Below, piece by piece: positions 26,521 to 35,843 of a stretch of DNA of 40,529 bases. The DNA comes from Candidatus Thorarchaeota archaeon. GTDB taxonomy: Archaea > Asgardarchaeota > Thorarchaeia > Thorarchaeales > Thorarchaeaceae. Where the stretch lies: positions 1 through 40,529 of the forward strand of contig JAWOEX010000036.1 of assembly GCA_046482545.1 (NCBI GenBank). The letters run 5' to 3'. Positions within the stretch are counted from its first letter, which is position 1. The number at the start of each line of letters is the position of its first letter. Made by a program: the position numbers and the translations under genes. The notes under the pieces were generated by a model. It was not told the origin of the DNA, searched no databases, and was given only the letters and a program-made list of their open reading frames with translations.

Positions 26521-27360
26521 TCAAAGGATTTCAGCCGCAACGTAAGCAACAACACTTTCCTTATCGCCGGTGACATCGCCAGAATTGGAATATTGAAGGA
26601 GCCTGAACTCTTCTGCTCCTTGTTTGTTTGCATAGACAACTGCGGATGCTATGGGGCCTGCACCACAAATGCTAATCCTATGTTTACGAACGAAGTCGAT
26701 GAATCCCTCCGCATCCAAGAATTCCAGATACTCCATCGCTTGATTGTCTTTCCTTTTTGCTGTTTCTGCTGGCTCAAAATGGGTGAAATCCGAGCTAGCT
26801 ATGATGAGAATATCCATTTCATTACCCAGAGTAGCGAATGTCTCTCCAAGTGACCTGCAAATTTCATATGATTGAGTCTTCAGGCAAATGGGGACAAAAG
26901 CAGGGGGGTCATCGAATATGTACTGCAAGAAAGGTAGCTGAACTTCTATTGAGTGTTCACGAGCATGTGCGACACAATCACTCTGGGCAAATTCATTTTC
27001 TTCAAGAATCGCGCTCCCCAGTTCAGTATCAAACTTAACTACACCCAGAGGTGTTTCCCAGTCCTCTTCACAAACAGCAACCGGCGCTCCATGACCTGAG
27101 TGATTGGGCCCCATTATGACGATGTGATCTGGTCTTCCGTCTTCAAAAATCCCCATGTATGAATGAGCGGCAGTCATACCGGAGTAGACATATCCTGCAT
27201 GCGGGGCAATTACCGCTTTGAGATTTCTCTTTTCCCCTGGTGAACTCTCAGGAATTCTCCCTGGACCCATCTTCTTAGAAAAGCAATCCTCAAGCCTCTG
27301 TTCAAGAAGGGTTTCTTCTCCTTCGTAAAATTTACCTGCCACTACAGGAAGACGTGTCAT
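26521..27360 (-). CDS. amrB: MEMO1 family protein (AmmeMemoRadiSam system protein B)
   Basis: R.PVVAG.FY, PHAGYVYSG, GPNH, EHSIEVQLPFLQ, SSDFTH, SICGAGP. Confidence 0.95.
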   Translation of the reverse strand: MTRLPVVAGKFYEGEETLLEQRLEDCFSKKMGPGRIPESSPGEKRNLKAVIAPHAGYVYSGMTAAHSYMGIFEDGRPDHIVIMGPNHSGHGAPVAVCEEDWETPLGVVKFDTELGSAILEENEFAQSDCVAHAREHSIEVQLPFLQYIFDDPPAFVPICLKTQSYEICRSLGETFATLGNEMDILIIASSDFTHFEPAETAKRKDNQAMEYLEFLDAEGFIDFVRKHRISICGAGPIASAVVYANKQGAEEFRLLQYSNSGDVTGDKESVVAYVAAEIL

Positions 27361-27429
27361 ATCTATCCCTAGCCAAGGTATACTGGTTTGTTGAGAAAAG
27401 GCTTTCCCTACAGACTCTGTTATTCTTCA

Positions 27430-28755
27430 TCAGACTTCTTTTTTATGTTTGAGTTTGTTTCGCACATATTCAACAATATCTTCCTTTGGTACCTGTGTGG
27501 TCTTCTTAGTCTCCATGTCCCTGATACTGAGCTCATCTTCGCTCAGATCCCTTTCTCCAACAATGACGGTTAGGGCAGCACCTTCGTCATCAGCCTGTTC
27601 CAGCAATCTGCCCAACGGCCTGTTCATCAAATCGACCCCACAAGCAAAACCAGCTCTAATCATTTTTTTCTGTACACTCATTGCGTATTTGTGCATGTCT
27701 TTCGAGACCGGTGCTACAAATACATCCAGCTTGGGTTTGAGTTTCTCGGCTACTCCTGTCTCCATCAGTATGTCTATGATTCTGTCAACACCAAGGGATA
27801 TACCTGTTGCACCGATTGACGGACCACCGAATTTCTCAATGAGATTATCATATCTTCCTCCACCAGCAATAGATCCTACATCTGGTTTTCCTAGATACCT
27901 TCCTTCAAAAACTGGGCCTGTGTAGTAATCTAATCCTCGGGCCAGAGAAAGGTCGAATTCGACAAAATCACTCACTTCTGCTTCGCTAAAGATTTCCGCC
28001 ATCATTTCAAGCTCGTCAACCCCTTCCAAGCCGATATCTGAACCAGACAGAATTTCGCGAAATTCATTCAAAGTCGATAAGGTTTGCTCTTCACCAAATA
28101 CATTGTCCCATAGGAATGAAATTTGTTCGCCCTTCATTCCCCGCTCCCTAAGCTCCTCGGTCACACCATCGGCGCCAATCTTATCTAGTTTATCTATGGC
28201 TCTGAAGCATTCATGTGCTAGTTCTCTGGGTATACCTGCTTTCTCTGTGAGACCTCGCAGTACCTTCCTATTGTTGATTTTGATAAGATAGGGCTCATCG
28301 TCAAATATGGAATTCATGAATTCAAGAGCAACCATCACTACCTCGGCATCTGCTGCTGGGCTGGTGTTACCAATAATATCCACATCTGCTTGAGTGAATT
28401 CTCTATACCTGCCTGCTTGTGGTCTATCATATCTCCATGCCTTACCTACAGCATATCTCTTGAAGGGTTTTGGCAGGGTTGGATTAGATGAGATTATCCT
28501 TGCTAGGGGTACGGTGAGGTCAAATCTAAGCCCGACCTCTCGGTCGCCTTTGTCTTTGAATCTGAACGTATCTGATTCAATCTCTTCTCCGCCTTTGGCA
28601 GAGAGGGTCTCCCATAACTCAATAACCGGAGAGTCTAGCGGTTCATATCCGAAGAGCTTGAAAACATCAACGGCTGTCTGAATAAGATAATCACGTATAT
28701 ACATCTCCGGTCCCATTAAATCTCGCATACCGCGGACTGTCCTCATTTCAGTCAT
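27430..28755 (-). CDS. hisS: Histidyl-tRNA synthetase
   Basis: RGMRD, LRFDLTVP, WRYDRPQAGRYREF, LARGLDYYTG, GGGRYD; ATG at 28755 preceded by GGAGG. Confidence 0.97.
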   Translation of the reverse strand: MTEMRTVRGMRDLMGPEMYIRDYLIQTAVDVFKLFGYEPLDSPVIELWETLSAKGGEEIESDTFRFKDKGDREVGLRFDLTVPLARIISSNPTLPKPFKRYAVGKAWRYDRPQAGRYREFTQADVDIIGNTSPAADAEVVMVALEFMNSIFDDEPYLIKINNRKVLRGLTEKAGIPRELAHECFRAIDKLDKIGADGVTEELRERGMKGEQISFLWDNVFGEEQTLSTLNEFREILSGSDIGLEGVDELEMMAEIFSEAEVSDFVEFDLSLARGLDYYTGPVFEGRYLGKPDVGSIAGGGRYDNLIEKFGGPSIGATGISLGVDRIIDILMETGVAEKLKPKLDVFVAPVSKDMHKYAMSVQKKMIRAGFACGVDLMNRPLGRLLEQADDEGAALTVIVGERDLSEDELSIRDMETKKTTQVPKEDIVEYVRNKLKHKKEV

Positions 28756-28915
28756 AGAAAACCTCCGAAACAAGAAGAACCGAGCGAGTCAAGTATGCCC
28801 CAATCAGGAGATTATCTTTCCCCTGACCTGTGAACGGAGCCACCAACGCTCAAATGCTTCACCATGTAAGCGGTACATCATGAGTATTTTAAGGGTTATG
28901 TTGGGTTAGATTCCT

Positions 28916-30244
28916 TTAGAATCCAGGAAAAATGCCCCAGGCTAGGAGAAGCAAGTAGACGAGGACTCCAGTAGCCATGAGAAGCGAATCTCTGCCCACC
29001 TTCTTGGTCAATTCTGGCTTTTGATCTGTTGAGTAGACATAGATTATTTTGTTTAATACGGCGATGGTGGTTGCTATGATGACCGAATAGACAGCTGACT
29101 CAATGGCTATGTTTCCTGCCACATACCCTGTGGTTACAGTTGATACCAGTGCCGCAGCCGAAACAAACCCGCCAAATACAGCGGCTATCAGGATTCCAAA
29201 ATCACTGAAAGTATCTTGCAGGAACAAAGAAATGACGGTTACAGCGGTGAATACGGATGCGAACTTCAGTGCAGCTGATAACTCGAACGGTGAAACAAAC
29301 CGAGTGTCTAGTTTTTCTTCATCTGTTTTCTGGATGACTGTTCTCTCATAGAACAATCGTACAAGTCCACCGACTGTTAGAATCCCGAGAGGAATGATGT
29401 AGAATCTAAAGATGCTGAGCGTTGGGTCAATGAGTATAACAAGCACTCCGTTTCTCAAAACCATTGCGATGTTTGCGAAAATAACGGATAGAGATATTCT
29501 GCCGGTAAATTTTCTATTTGTACGAACATGGAAATCAGCCAAACTCGATACCGTTGCCTCGCTGTTTGCGAAACCTCCGAAAAATCCGAAGAAATAGGTT
29601 CCTCGTGTTCGATATTGCTTGACCAAAATATAGTTCACGAAACTAATACCAAGTAGTAAAACAACCAGCAGATATGTTTGATGAACCGGCAGAGTAATGG
29701 GTCCTATATCCCAAGTGGCAGGTAACAGAGGCCATAGGAAGAATATCAGGACACCAAGCTGAACTGCGCTAATCATTTCTTCCTTCGTAACCACACCTAC
29801 TGCACTTGCAACTTCCTCCTTGAATCCAAGTACAAGGTATATGAAGAATGACATAGTCATAGCTAGAACCTGAAGTGGACCAACCAATTGCCCTTCAAGT
29901 GGAGCTTCGTCTAGTCCCACCAATGCCCCAAGAACGAAGGAAATACCAAAGACGATAGATGTGGTGGTTCCCTTCCGCATGGTCCTGAATATCTTGTATA
30001 CAATCTGTGTTGCAATTAGGATAGCGGAAATCGCGGTGGCATAGATAAACAGGGTAGGGTTCTTAGATACATTGAATGAGTAAGCGGCGAGAGTTGCCAT
30101 CAGGCTGTGGAGACCAAATGATCTCACACCTGCTGTAAGGTCTTCCCTCATTCTTTTCTGTCTTTCCAGACCAATAAGGGCGCCGACCGAAAATCCAATT
30201 ATGCAGCGGATTACGAGCGTTGCGTCAAGTAAAATCTCCTGCAT
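28916..30244 (-). CDS. MgtC/SapB plus DUF4010 membrane protein
   Basis: GALIGLERQ...AGVRSF MgtC motif; GFFGGFANS and FGGFVSA repeats; many TM helices. Confidence 0.85.
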   Translation of the reverse strand: MQEILLDATLVIRCIIGFSVGALIGLERQKRMREDLTAGVRSFGLHSLMATLAAYSFNVSKNPTLFIYATAISAILIATQIVYKIFRTMRKGTTTSIVFGISFVLGALVGLDEAPLEGQLVGPLQVLAMTMSFFIYLVLGFKEEVASAVGVVTKEEMISAVQLGVLIFFLWPLLPATWDIGPITLPVHQTYLLVVLLLGISFVNYILVKQYRTRGTYFFGFFGGFANSEATVSSLADFHVRTNRKFTGRISLSVIFANIAMVLRNGVLVILIDPTLSIFRFYIIPLGILTVGGLVRLFYERTVIQKTDEEKLDTRFVSPFELSAALKFASVFTAVTVISLFLQDTFSDFGILIAAVFGGFVSAAALVSTVTTGYVAGNIAIESAVYSVIIATTIAVLNKIIYVYSTDQKPELTKKVGRDSLLMATGVLVYLLLLAWGIFPGF

Positions 30245-30312
30245 CTACTATCATCACCGGGAAAAAAGTAAAGGAATATCTCCATTATTAAGCTGTACTG
30301 TTTTGATAAGGC

Positions 30313-30380
30313 AAAAAAGAAGAGACTGAAAAAGACAGAAACTGAAAATAAAATCGGAAGGATAGGAATTGGTCCTATCC
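30313..30380 (-). terminator. Hairpin plus long U-rich tract after ths-rpo6
   Basis: GGATAGGA/TCCTATCC 8-bp stem (30360-30380); minus strand continues as a T-rich run to about 30313. Confidence 0.65.
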
Positions 30381-30404
30381 AAGAGACTACGATTGACTAA
30401 GAAA

Positions 30405-31136
30405 TCAATCTAGCCTTGTGTGTTCTAGTAGCAGAGAAAGCGGAATATCCTGATGCTCCCCTGTAGGTAATTTGCGCCTGACAGTCATTGGCAGCATACC
30501 CGATTTCAACTCTGCTTCTGCTAATGCAAAGAGGTTGCCGTCGACGTTTTCAGGATTGATGAGAAGAGGAGCCCCCATCGAGAGCTGGAGTGATCTTGCC
30601 CCGATGATTCGTGCTTTCTCAAACTTTGTCAACCATTTCGGCCCTATGGGTATACCCATATCCTCTTTCTCTTCTTCCAAGCCTGTAGTCAGATCCGTTC
30701 TCTCTGGTGGTGGTTCGAATGCCTTTGTTCCGGGTAACTCATGGGAATCTGTTGGTTCTTCGGGTTCTGGTCTCTTCCGCTTACGGAGCTTCTTCTCACT
30801 GAGATCAATCTCACCAGATTTAATGGCCTTTCGGATTTCACTTGCAGCCTCGATTACATTTTTGGCCTTTCTGACACTCAGCCCGTTGATGCTTACTGCA
30901 ATGACTGCCGAGTTGGCGTTTTCCAGCTTTTCCAAATCACCGTATCCTTCTCTGTATAGCTTCTCTGCTGTTCGGGGACCTACGCCCGATATTTCTGCAA
31001 GAGCGAGGAGCTGCCGTTCTTTCTCGGTGTGCTTGTCATCTTCGTCTTCGCTGTCTTCTTCCTTCTTCTCTTCGTCCTGTTTTTTCTCAGGTTCTTCTTC
31101 CTCGGAACTGTTGTTGTCTTTTGAATCATCTGACAT
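30405..31136 (-). CDS. rpo6: RNA polymerase subunit Rpo6 (RpoK/RPB6) with N-terminal acidic tail and HhH domain
   Basis: C-terminal [22 protein letters not shown]...[10 protein letters not shown]; upstream [12 protein letters not shown] and INGLSVRKA HhH pair; ATG at 31136 after AGGTG. Confidence 0.9.
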   Translation of the reverse strand: MSDDSKDNNSSEEEEPEKKQDEEKKEEDSEDEDDKHTEKERQLLALAEISGVGPRTAEKLYREGYGDLEKLENANSAVIAVSINGLSVRKAKNVIEAASEIRKAIKSGEIDLSEKKLRKRKRPEPEEPTDSHELPGTKAFEPPPERTDLTTGLEEEKEDMGIPIGPKWLTKFEKARIIGARSLQLSMGAPLLINPENVDGNLFALAEAELKSGMLPMTVRRKLPTGEHQDIPLSLLLEHTRLD

Positions 31137-31173
31137 AAGCCACACCTATCTAGTCCGCGTTAGATACGCTTTA

Positions 31174-32802
31174 TTAATCTAGGTCTTCGTCTGCGCCGGG
31201 TGCGCCGCCTGCCCCCATGTCACCGCCCTTGCTACTGATGACATCATCAATCTTCAAGAGCATCTGTGCTGCTTCGGCAGCAGACATAACAATTTGCCTG
31301 TTGACTGCAGCAGATTCGATAACGCGAGCCTTCTTCATGTCATCAATTTTGCCAGTGGTGATATTGACACCATAGTGCTTTTTGCCCTCTGAGTGTGCTG
31401 AACGGAGATCAACAAGCATATCGATTGGGTCAAGACCTGCATTCTCGGACAGGGTAGTGGGTACAATTTCCAAAGCATCGGCGAAAGCGTTGACGGCATA
31501 TTGTTCTCTACCTTCGAATTTAGATGCTTCTTTCCGAAGACTCTGAGCGATTTCTGAAGCAAGTGCTCCACCGCCATAGGTGACCTTGGGTTCCATGATG
31601 ACATCTCGTACAACGTATAGGGCATCATTGAGAGCTCGATCTACCTCATCAACTATGTGGTCTGTACCGCCTCTCACCATTATCGTGACTGCTGAGGTCT
31701 TGGGTGTTCCTTCAACGAAAAGCATCTTGTCGTCAGCGATCTTTCGCTGTTCAACGAGGTCTGCTTCACCAAGGTCCTCTTTGGTGAGATTGTTTATCTG
31801 TGAAACAATGGTTGCACCAGTTGCTTTGTGTAGGCGCTCAATGTCTGATTTCTTTATTCTCCTCACCGCAAGGATACCATTCTTCGACAAGAAGTGCTGT
31901 GCGAGATCATCGATACCTTTCTGGCAAATAACAACGTTTGCCCCGGATTCCACTATCCTGTTTACCATTGACTTCAACATGTTTTGCTCTTCGTCAAGGA
32001 ATGACTGCATGGACGTTGGGTCAGAAATGGAAATCTTGGTATCAAATTCGGTCTTAGAGACTTCCAGTGGTGCCTCAAGCAGAGCTATCTTAGCTTTCTC
32101 CACCTTCTTGGGCATACCGGCATGCACGATTTCCTTGTCAAGAACCAATCCATTAATCAGTTCACTTCGGTCGACCTGAAGACCTTCTTGTTTCTGTCTT
32201 GGTATATCCTTGATTGAGATGTTCTCACCTGCTTCCTTGTCCTTGCTGATTGCTAGGACAGCATCGACAACGATCTCTGCTAATGCGTCCTTGGAAGTGG
32301 AAACAAACTTGCTCGACATTGCCGTCTTTGCCACATCGATTAGAATGTCCCGATAGTTTTCATCCTCTGGATCAATTTCATCAGCAAACTCTTCAATCAT
32401 GTCTATTGTATGCTGTGAGGCCTTTCTATATCCGCTGATTATTGTGGTTGGATGGATTTTCTGATCCAGCAAGTCTTCTGCCTGTTTGAGAAGCTCACCT
32501 GTAAGAACTGCAGCAGTGGTAGTACCATCGCCCACTTCATCATCTACAGTGCGGGCAACTTCGATAACCATTTTAGCAGCTGGATGTGATACATCCATCT
32601 CCTTCAAGATGGTTGCTCCGTCATTGCTGACAGTGATGTCTCCGAAACCATCCACAAGCATTTTATCCATACCTTTAGGACCTAGGGCAGATCGAACCGA
32701 CTCGGCAATCACTTTCGCCGCCATGATGTTGTTTCTCTGGGCATCACGGCCCCTACGTCTCTCGCTATCTTCTCTGAGTACGATTACTGGTTGTTGACTC
32801 AT
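31174..32802 (-). CDS. ths: Thermosome (group II chaperonin) subunit
   Basis: [31 protein letters not shown]. Confidence 0.98.
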   Translation of the reverse strand: MSQQPVIVLREDSERRRGRDAQRNNIMAAKVIAESVRSALGPKGMDKMLVDGFGDITVSNDGATILKEMDVSHPAAKMVIEVARTVDDEVGDGTTTAAVLTGELLKQAEDLLDQKIHPTTIISGYRKASQHTIDMIEEFADEIDPEDENYRDILIDVAKTAMSSKFVSTSKDALAEIVVDAVLAISKDKEAGENISIKDIPRQKQEGLQVDRSELINGLVLDKEIVHAGMPKKVEKAKIALLEAPLEVSKTEFDTKISISDPTSMQSFLDEEQNMLKSMVNRIVESGANVVICQKGIDDLAQHFLSKNGILAVRRIKKSDIERLHKATGATIVSQINNLTKEDLGEADLVEQRKIADDKMLFVEGTPKTSAVTIMVRGGTDHIVDEVDRALNDALYVVRDVIMEPKVTYGGGALASEIAQSLRKEASKFEGREQYAVNAFADALEIVPTTLSENAGLDPIDMLVDLRSAHSEGKKHYGVNITTGKIDDMKKARVIESAAVNRQIVMSAAEAAQMLLKIDDVISSKGGDMGAGGAPGADEDLD

Positions 32803-32967
32803 TTTGTATTTCCTCCACTTAATTCAGGTAATTTGTACCGAATAAAACTGTACATGCGCTTCGAAGATTCCCATTTAAGGATTACTTTGTACACACAATC
32901 GAGCTCCCACCGAAACCTCATAAAAAGTCTTCTCTCAAGCAGAAGTTCGTTGGATATCTGTTAGGTT

Positions 32968-33876
32968 CTAGCCTCGCCTAAGAACAACATTTTGTCCCTT
33001 GGCAACGCCTAGTACGCCTGCAATATGAGGGCATTTTGCGCGAGACACGTAATAGCTTTCTACATTAAGATCTCGCTGGATTTCTGGAAAAGTCTCAATG
33101 TTGGCCTGCCCTTTTGAGATGACTACATCCGCATTGGACACAGTATCAAGAAACTGCTGACTTACCCATTTTTGGGGGACACCAAATGCCCACGCTCCGG
33201 ACGTAATAACCTCAGCGATCTTTTGTATTCCCGTTTCTTCGATATCTCCGACGACTACGTCATTCATCATCGGCCTATCCTTGACTACATACGTAACAGT
33301 CCAACCATGATCTTTCGCTATCTCGATAAGCGGCAAGTCGAAGTAGGTTTCTCCTGCGTTATCCGCCAGAAACACCATATTGCCTTTCTTTGAAGTCAAC
33401 CGATTCCAAAGACTCTGAGAATCGTCAAGTGCAAAGCCCTCCCTCTTAATTGCAGTAAAAGCTTCTCCGAGTTTGGTCAAATCGGGGTCGTGCCCTGCTG
33501 TGTTGAAGTCTATCATATTGCCCGCGATTGCAGCAGCCAAAGCAGCTCGTAGCTTCTCGTATCCTTTGAGAGCATTGATTCGTTTATTTATTCCATTCAT
33601 GCATTTCTTGGCGACTTGGTTGCTCATCGCTTTGATTTCATGATACGGATCCTGGGCGTCCTCGAGGGAATACAATTCCCTGTAAAGTTGAATTGACAAG
33701 GTTGCAGGGTCTTTTTTTTCATCGAAACCCTTGGCTAATATGCTGAAAGCGGTGGAGAATAATTCAAATTGTCTTTGTTTGTCCTTGGTAAGAAGTGGAA
33801 CAAGTGTCTTAAGTGAGTTGACCATACATGCCGAGCAATCGGGGATAAGTGGAACTACTAGGGTGTTTGTTGGCAT
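32968..33876 (-). CDS. ARMT1/DUF89 damage-control phosphatase
   Basis: C..C N-terminus, AGNMIDF, DNAGE..FD, ND, SKGQAN.E, KC. Confidence 0.9.
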   Translation of the reverse strand: MPTNTLVVPLIPDCSACMVNSLKTLVPLLTKDKQRQFELFSTAFSILAKGFDEKKDPATLSIQLYRELYSLEDAQDPYHEIKAMSNQVAKKCMNGINKRINALKGYEKLRAALAAAIAGNMIDFNTAGHDPDLTKLGEAFTAIKREGFALDDSQSLWNRLTSKKGNMVFLADNAGETYFDLPLIEIAKDHGWTVTYVVKDRPMMNDVVVGDIEETGIQKIAEVITSGAWAFGVPQKWVSQQFLDTVSNADVVISKGQANIETFPEIQRDLNVESYYVSRAKCPHIAGVLGVAKGQNVVLRRG

Positions 33877-33882
33877 CTTGTT

Positions 33883-34395
33883 CTATTCCTCTTCCTCCGA
33901 TTTCTTAACCATCAAGTAGGCATCCTCACCATCTCGGTAGTAGCCATTAAGTGTCTTCTTGATACTAAAGCCGAGACTTTGATAGACTGATACAGCTGCG
34001 TTGTTGGTTGTCCGAACCTCAAGGAAGAATTCATCAGCACCGTACGAAACCATCTGTATAAGTGCCGAACCAACAAGATTCCTCCCAATGCCTTTCCTTC
34101 GATAATCTGGTAGAACAGCCACAGAAACTATGTGACCTTTCTTTGTTGGTCGAATACCAAAATTCGATATACCTCGCTCTATTCGGCACATGATATAGCC
34201 GACCACATTCCCGTTCTCTGTGGCAATAAGAAATGCTTTTGGCGCATGGTTATGTAGACCTAAAAAGAAACGCTCTGGGTAGTTTTCGGGCAAACATTCC
34301 CGGTTGATACGCATCACTGATTCTAGGTCATCTTCAGTGAACTGACGGATTTGATATTCTGAATCCATCATTGTTTCAGCTTCCTTTGTTTGCAT
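33883..34395 (-). CDS. ard1: N-terminal protein acetyltransferase (Ard1/RimI family)
   Basis: INRECLPENY, GHIVSVAV...RRKGIG, LEVRTTN, YYRDGEDAY; true start may be the downstream Met pair. Confidence 0.9.
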   Translation of the reverse strand: MQTKEAETMMDSEYQIRQFTEDDLESVMRINRECLPENYPERFFLGLHNHAPKAFLIATENGNVVGYIMCRIERGISNFGIRPTKKGHIVSVAVLPDYRRKGIGRNLVGSALIQMVSYGADEFFLEVRTTNNAAVSVYQSLGFSIKKTLNGYYRDGEDAYLMVKKSEEEE

Positions 34396-34567
34396 GGAGC
34401 CAGACCCAATTTTGCGAGCGATGTTTAAGACTTATTATGGTTTTCATGCGATTACTTAGAGGAACAGTAACCTCACAGGAAGCCCCATTGATACTGGGTT
34501 ATAGCATTTTCCTGCTTAAGATGATATTCCCTTAAGCTAATATTCGGTCAGTCTCTAAGTTTCTATT

Positions 34568-35146
34568 ATGAAAGCAATTGTGATTGGCGGTAGTCCAGGA
34601 TGTGGAAAGACTACAGTTGCAGCTTTACTTGGACGCAGTTTGGACCGAGATGTCATCTCGCTTGGTGACCTTGCTGTCGAAAAAGGCTGCATATCCGAAA
34701 AGGATTTGAAAAGAGATACCCTTGTGATTGATGAGGATTGTATGGTACAGGCTATCAGGGCTGAAATTCAACAACATGATGATCCCGTCATTCTGGAAGG
34801 CCATTACGTGGATTTAGTACCCTTTAGGGCCGTGGAAAAAGTCATCATTCTTCGTCTGCATCCTGAGGCGCTGCGTTCCCGTCTTGTGAAACGAGACTAT
34901 CCAGAACTCAAGGTTACAGAGAATATTGAAGCCGAGGTGTTTGGTGTCTGCCAGCTGGACGCTATAAACTCCTTTGGCGAAGAGATGGTCTTCGAGGTAA
35001 ATGCCACAGGTCTTACTCCGGAAGAAACCCATGACCAAATAATTGAGATACTGCAAGCATCTGAGAAACCTACGAGAATTGACTGGATGCAGCGTCTTGA
35101 GACGGAAGGCGTCCTTGATGACTACATCAGCAGTCACTTCGAATGA
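34568..35146 (+). CDS. Adenylate kinase 6 / Fap7 (hCINAP) family ATPase
   Basis: GSPGCGKTT, ILEGH, RLVKRDY...KVTENIEAE. Confidence 0.9.
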   Translation: MKAIVIGGSPGCGKTTVAALLGRSLDRDVISLGDLAVEKGCISEKDLKRDTLVIDEDCMVQAIRAEIQQHDDPVILEGHYVDLVPFRAVEKVIILRLHPEALRSRLVKRDYPELKVTENIEAEVFGVCQLDAINSFGEEMVFEVNATGLTPEETHDQIIEILQASEKPTRIDWMQRLETEGVLDDYISSHFE

Positions 35147-35190
35147 CTGATGCAGAGTAACTCACTGAGGGAACGCTTTCCCTTGCGTTC

Positions 35191-35787
35191 TTACTCTTTC
35201 TCTCGGAGTGGAATTGACAGCAACGCAACTACTGCATATATTATCAAAGTAAGTGGAATGCCAGTTGCTGCGACATCAGCTTCCGGATCTACGCTTAATG
35301 CGAAAGATATCAGGAAGTAGATGGTTGTTGCTGACATAGCTAGCATCATGGCAGGAATGATTGAAAGATAGGTTGCTCGCGGTTCAGTGTACGCCCAGTA
35401 GCCGATAACCAAAAGCAAAATTCCTGCTATCATGGGAAATAAGAAGAAAATATTTCCGCGCATCAAATAGACCTGGAAGAAAGTGTCAAACCCGATATCT
35501 GGAGGATGAGTCATGACAGGTAAGAATTCAGCCCATATTGCCAAGAATCCAGTAATCATGAGAATCATGGCTGGCCACCGATATTTCATAAGGCCAAGTT
35601 CTTGCTTTCTTAGTTTCTTCCTGAGTTCCTTTGCCTTCCTTTTTCGTTCTATCTCTTTGGCTCGCTCAATTTCCTCCTCTGAATTGGTTAAAGCTTCTTC
35701 ATTGGGCCCGTCTTTTTGAACGGCTTTCTCTATATTGGAAGCCATTTCTTCAGAGTCCTTCTGTCCTTCCTTGTCTCTTGAGCCCAT
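35191..35787 (-). CDS. Hypothetical membrane protein (charged N-terminus, four TM helices)
   Basis: 198-aa ORF; hydropathy pattern only. Confidence 0.7.
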   Translation of the reverse strand: MGSRDKEGQKDSEEMASNIEKAVQKDGPNEEALTNSEEEIERAKEIERKRKAKELRKKLRKQELGLMKYRWPAMILMITGFLAIWAEFLPVMTHPPDIGFDTFFQVYLMRGNIFFLFPMIAGILLLVIGYWAYTEPRATYLSIIPAMMLAMSATTIYFLISFALSVDPEADVAATGIPLTLIIYAVVALLSIPLREKE

Positions 35788-35843
35788 GGTGAGTCTTACT
35801 CCCCTTCCTTTCTCTTTATTTAAGGCTCAGCTTCTCAGCGGAG

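Noticed and set aside
9395-30380. AATTGG shared by two terminator hairpins and the hsp20 inverted repeat
   Set aside because: Only 6 nt, and in opposite orientation relative to transcription; probably chance
30472-31182. 236-aa plus-strand ORF
   Set aside because: Antisense to rpo6; its Ser/Phe runs mirror the Glu/Lys codons
35167-35190. Short hairpin between convergent genes
   Set aside because: Two competing weak stems and no clear U-tract; too weak to call a terminator
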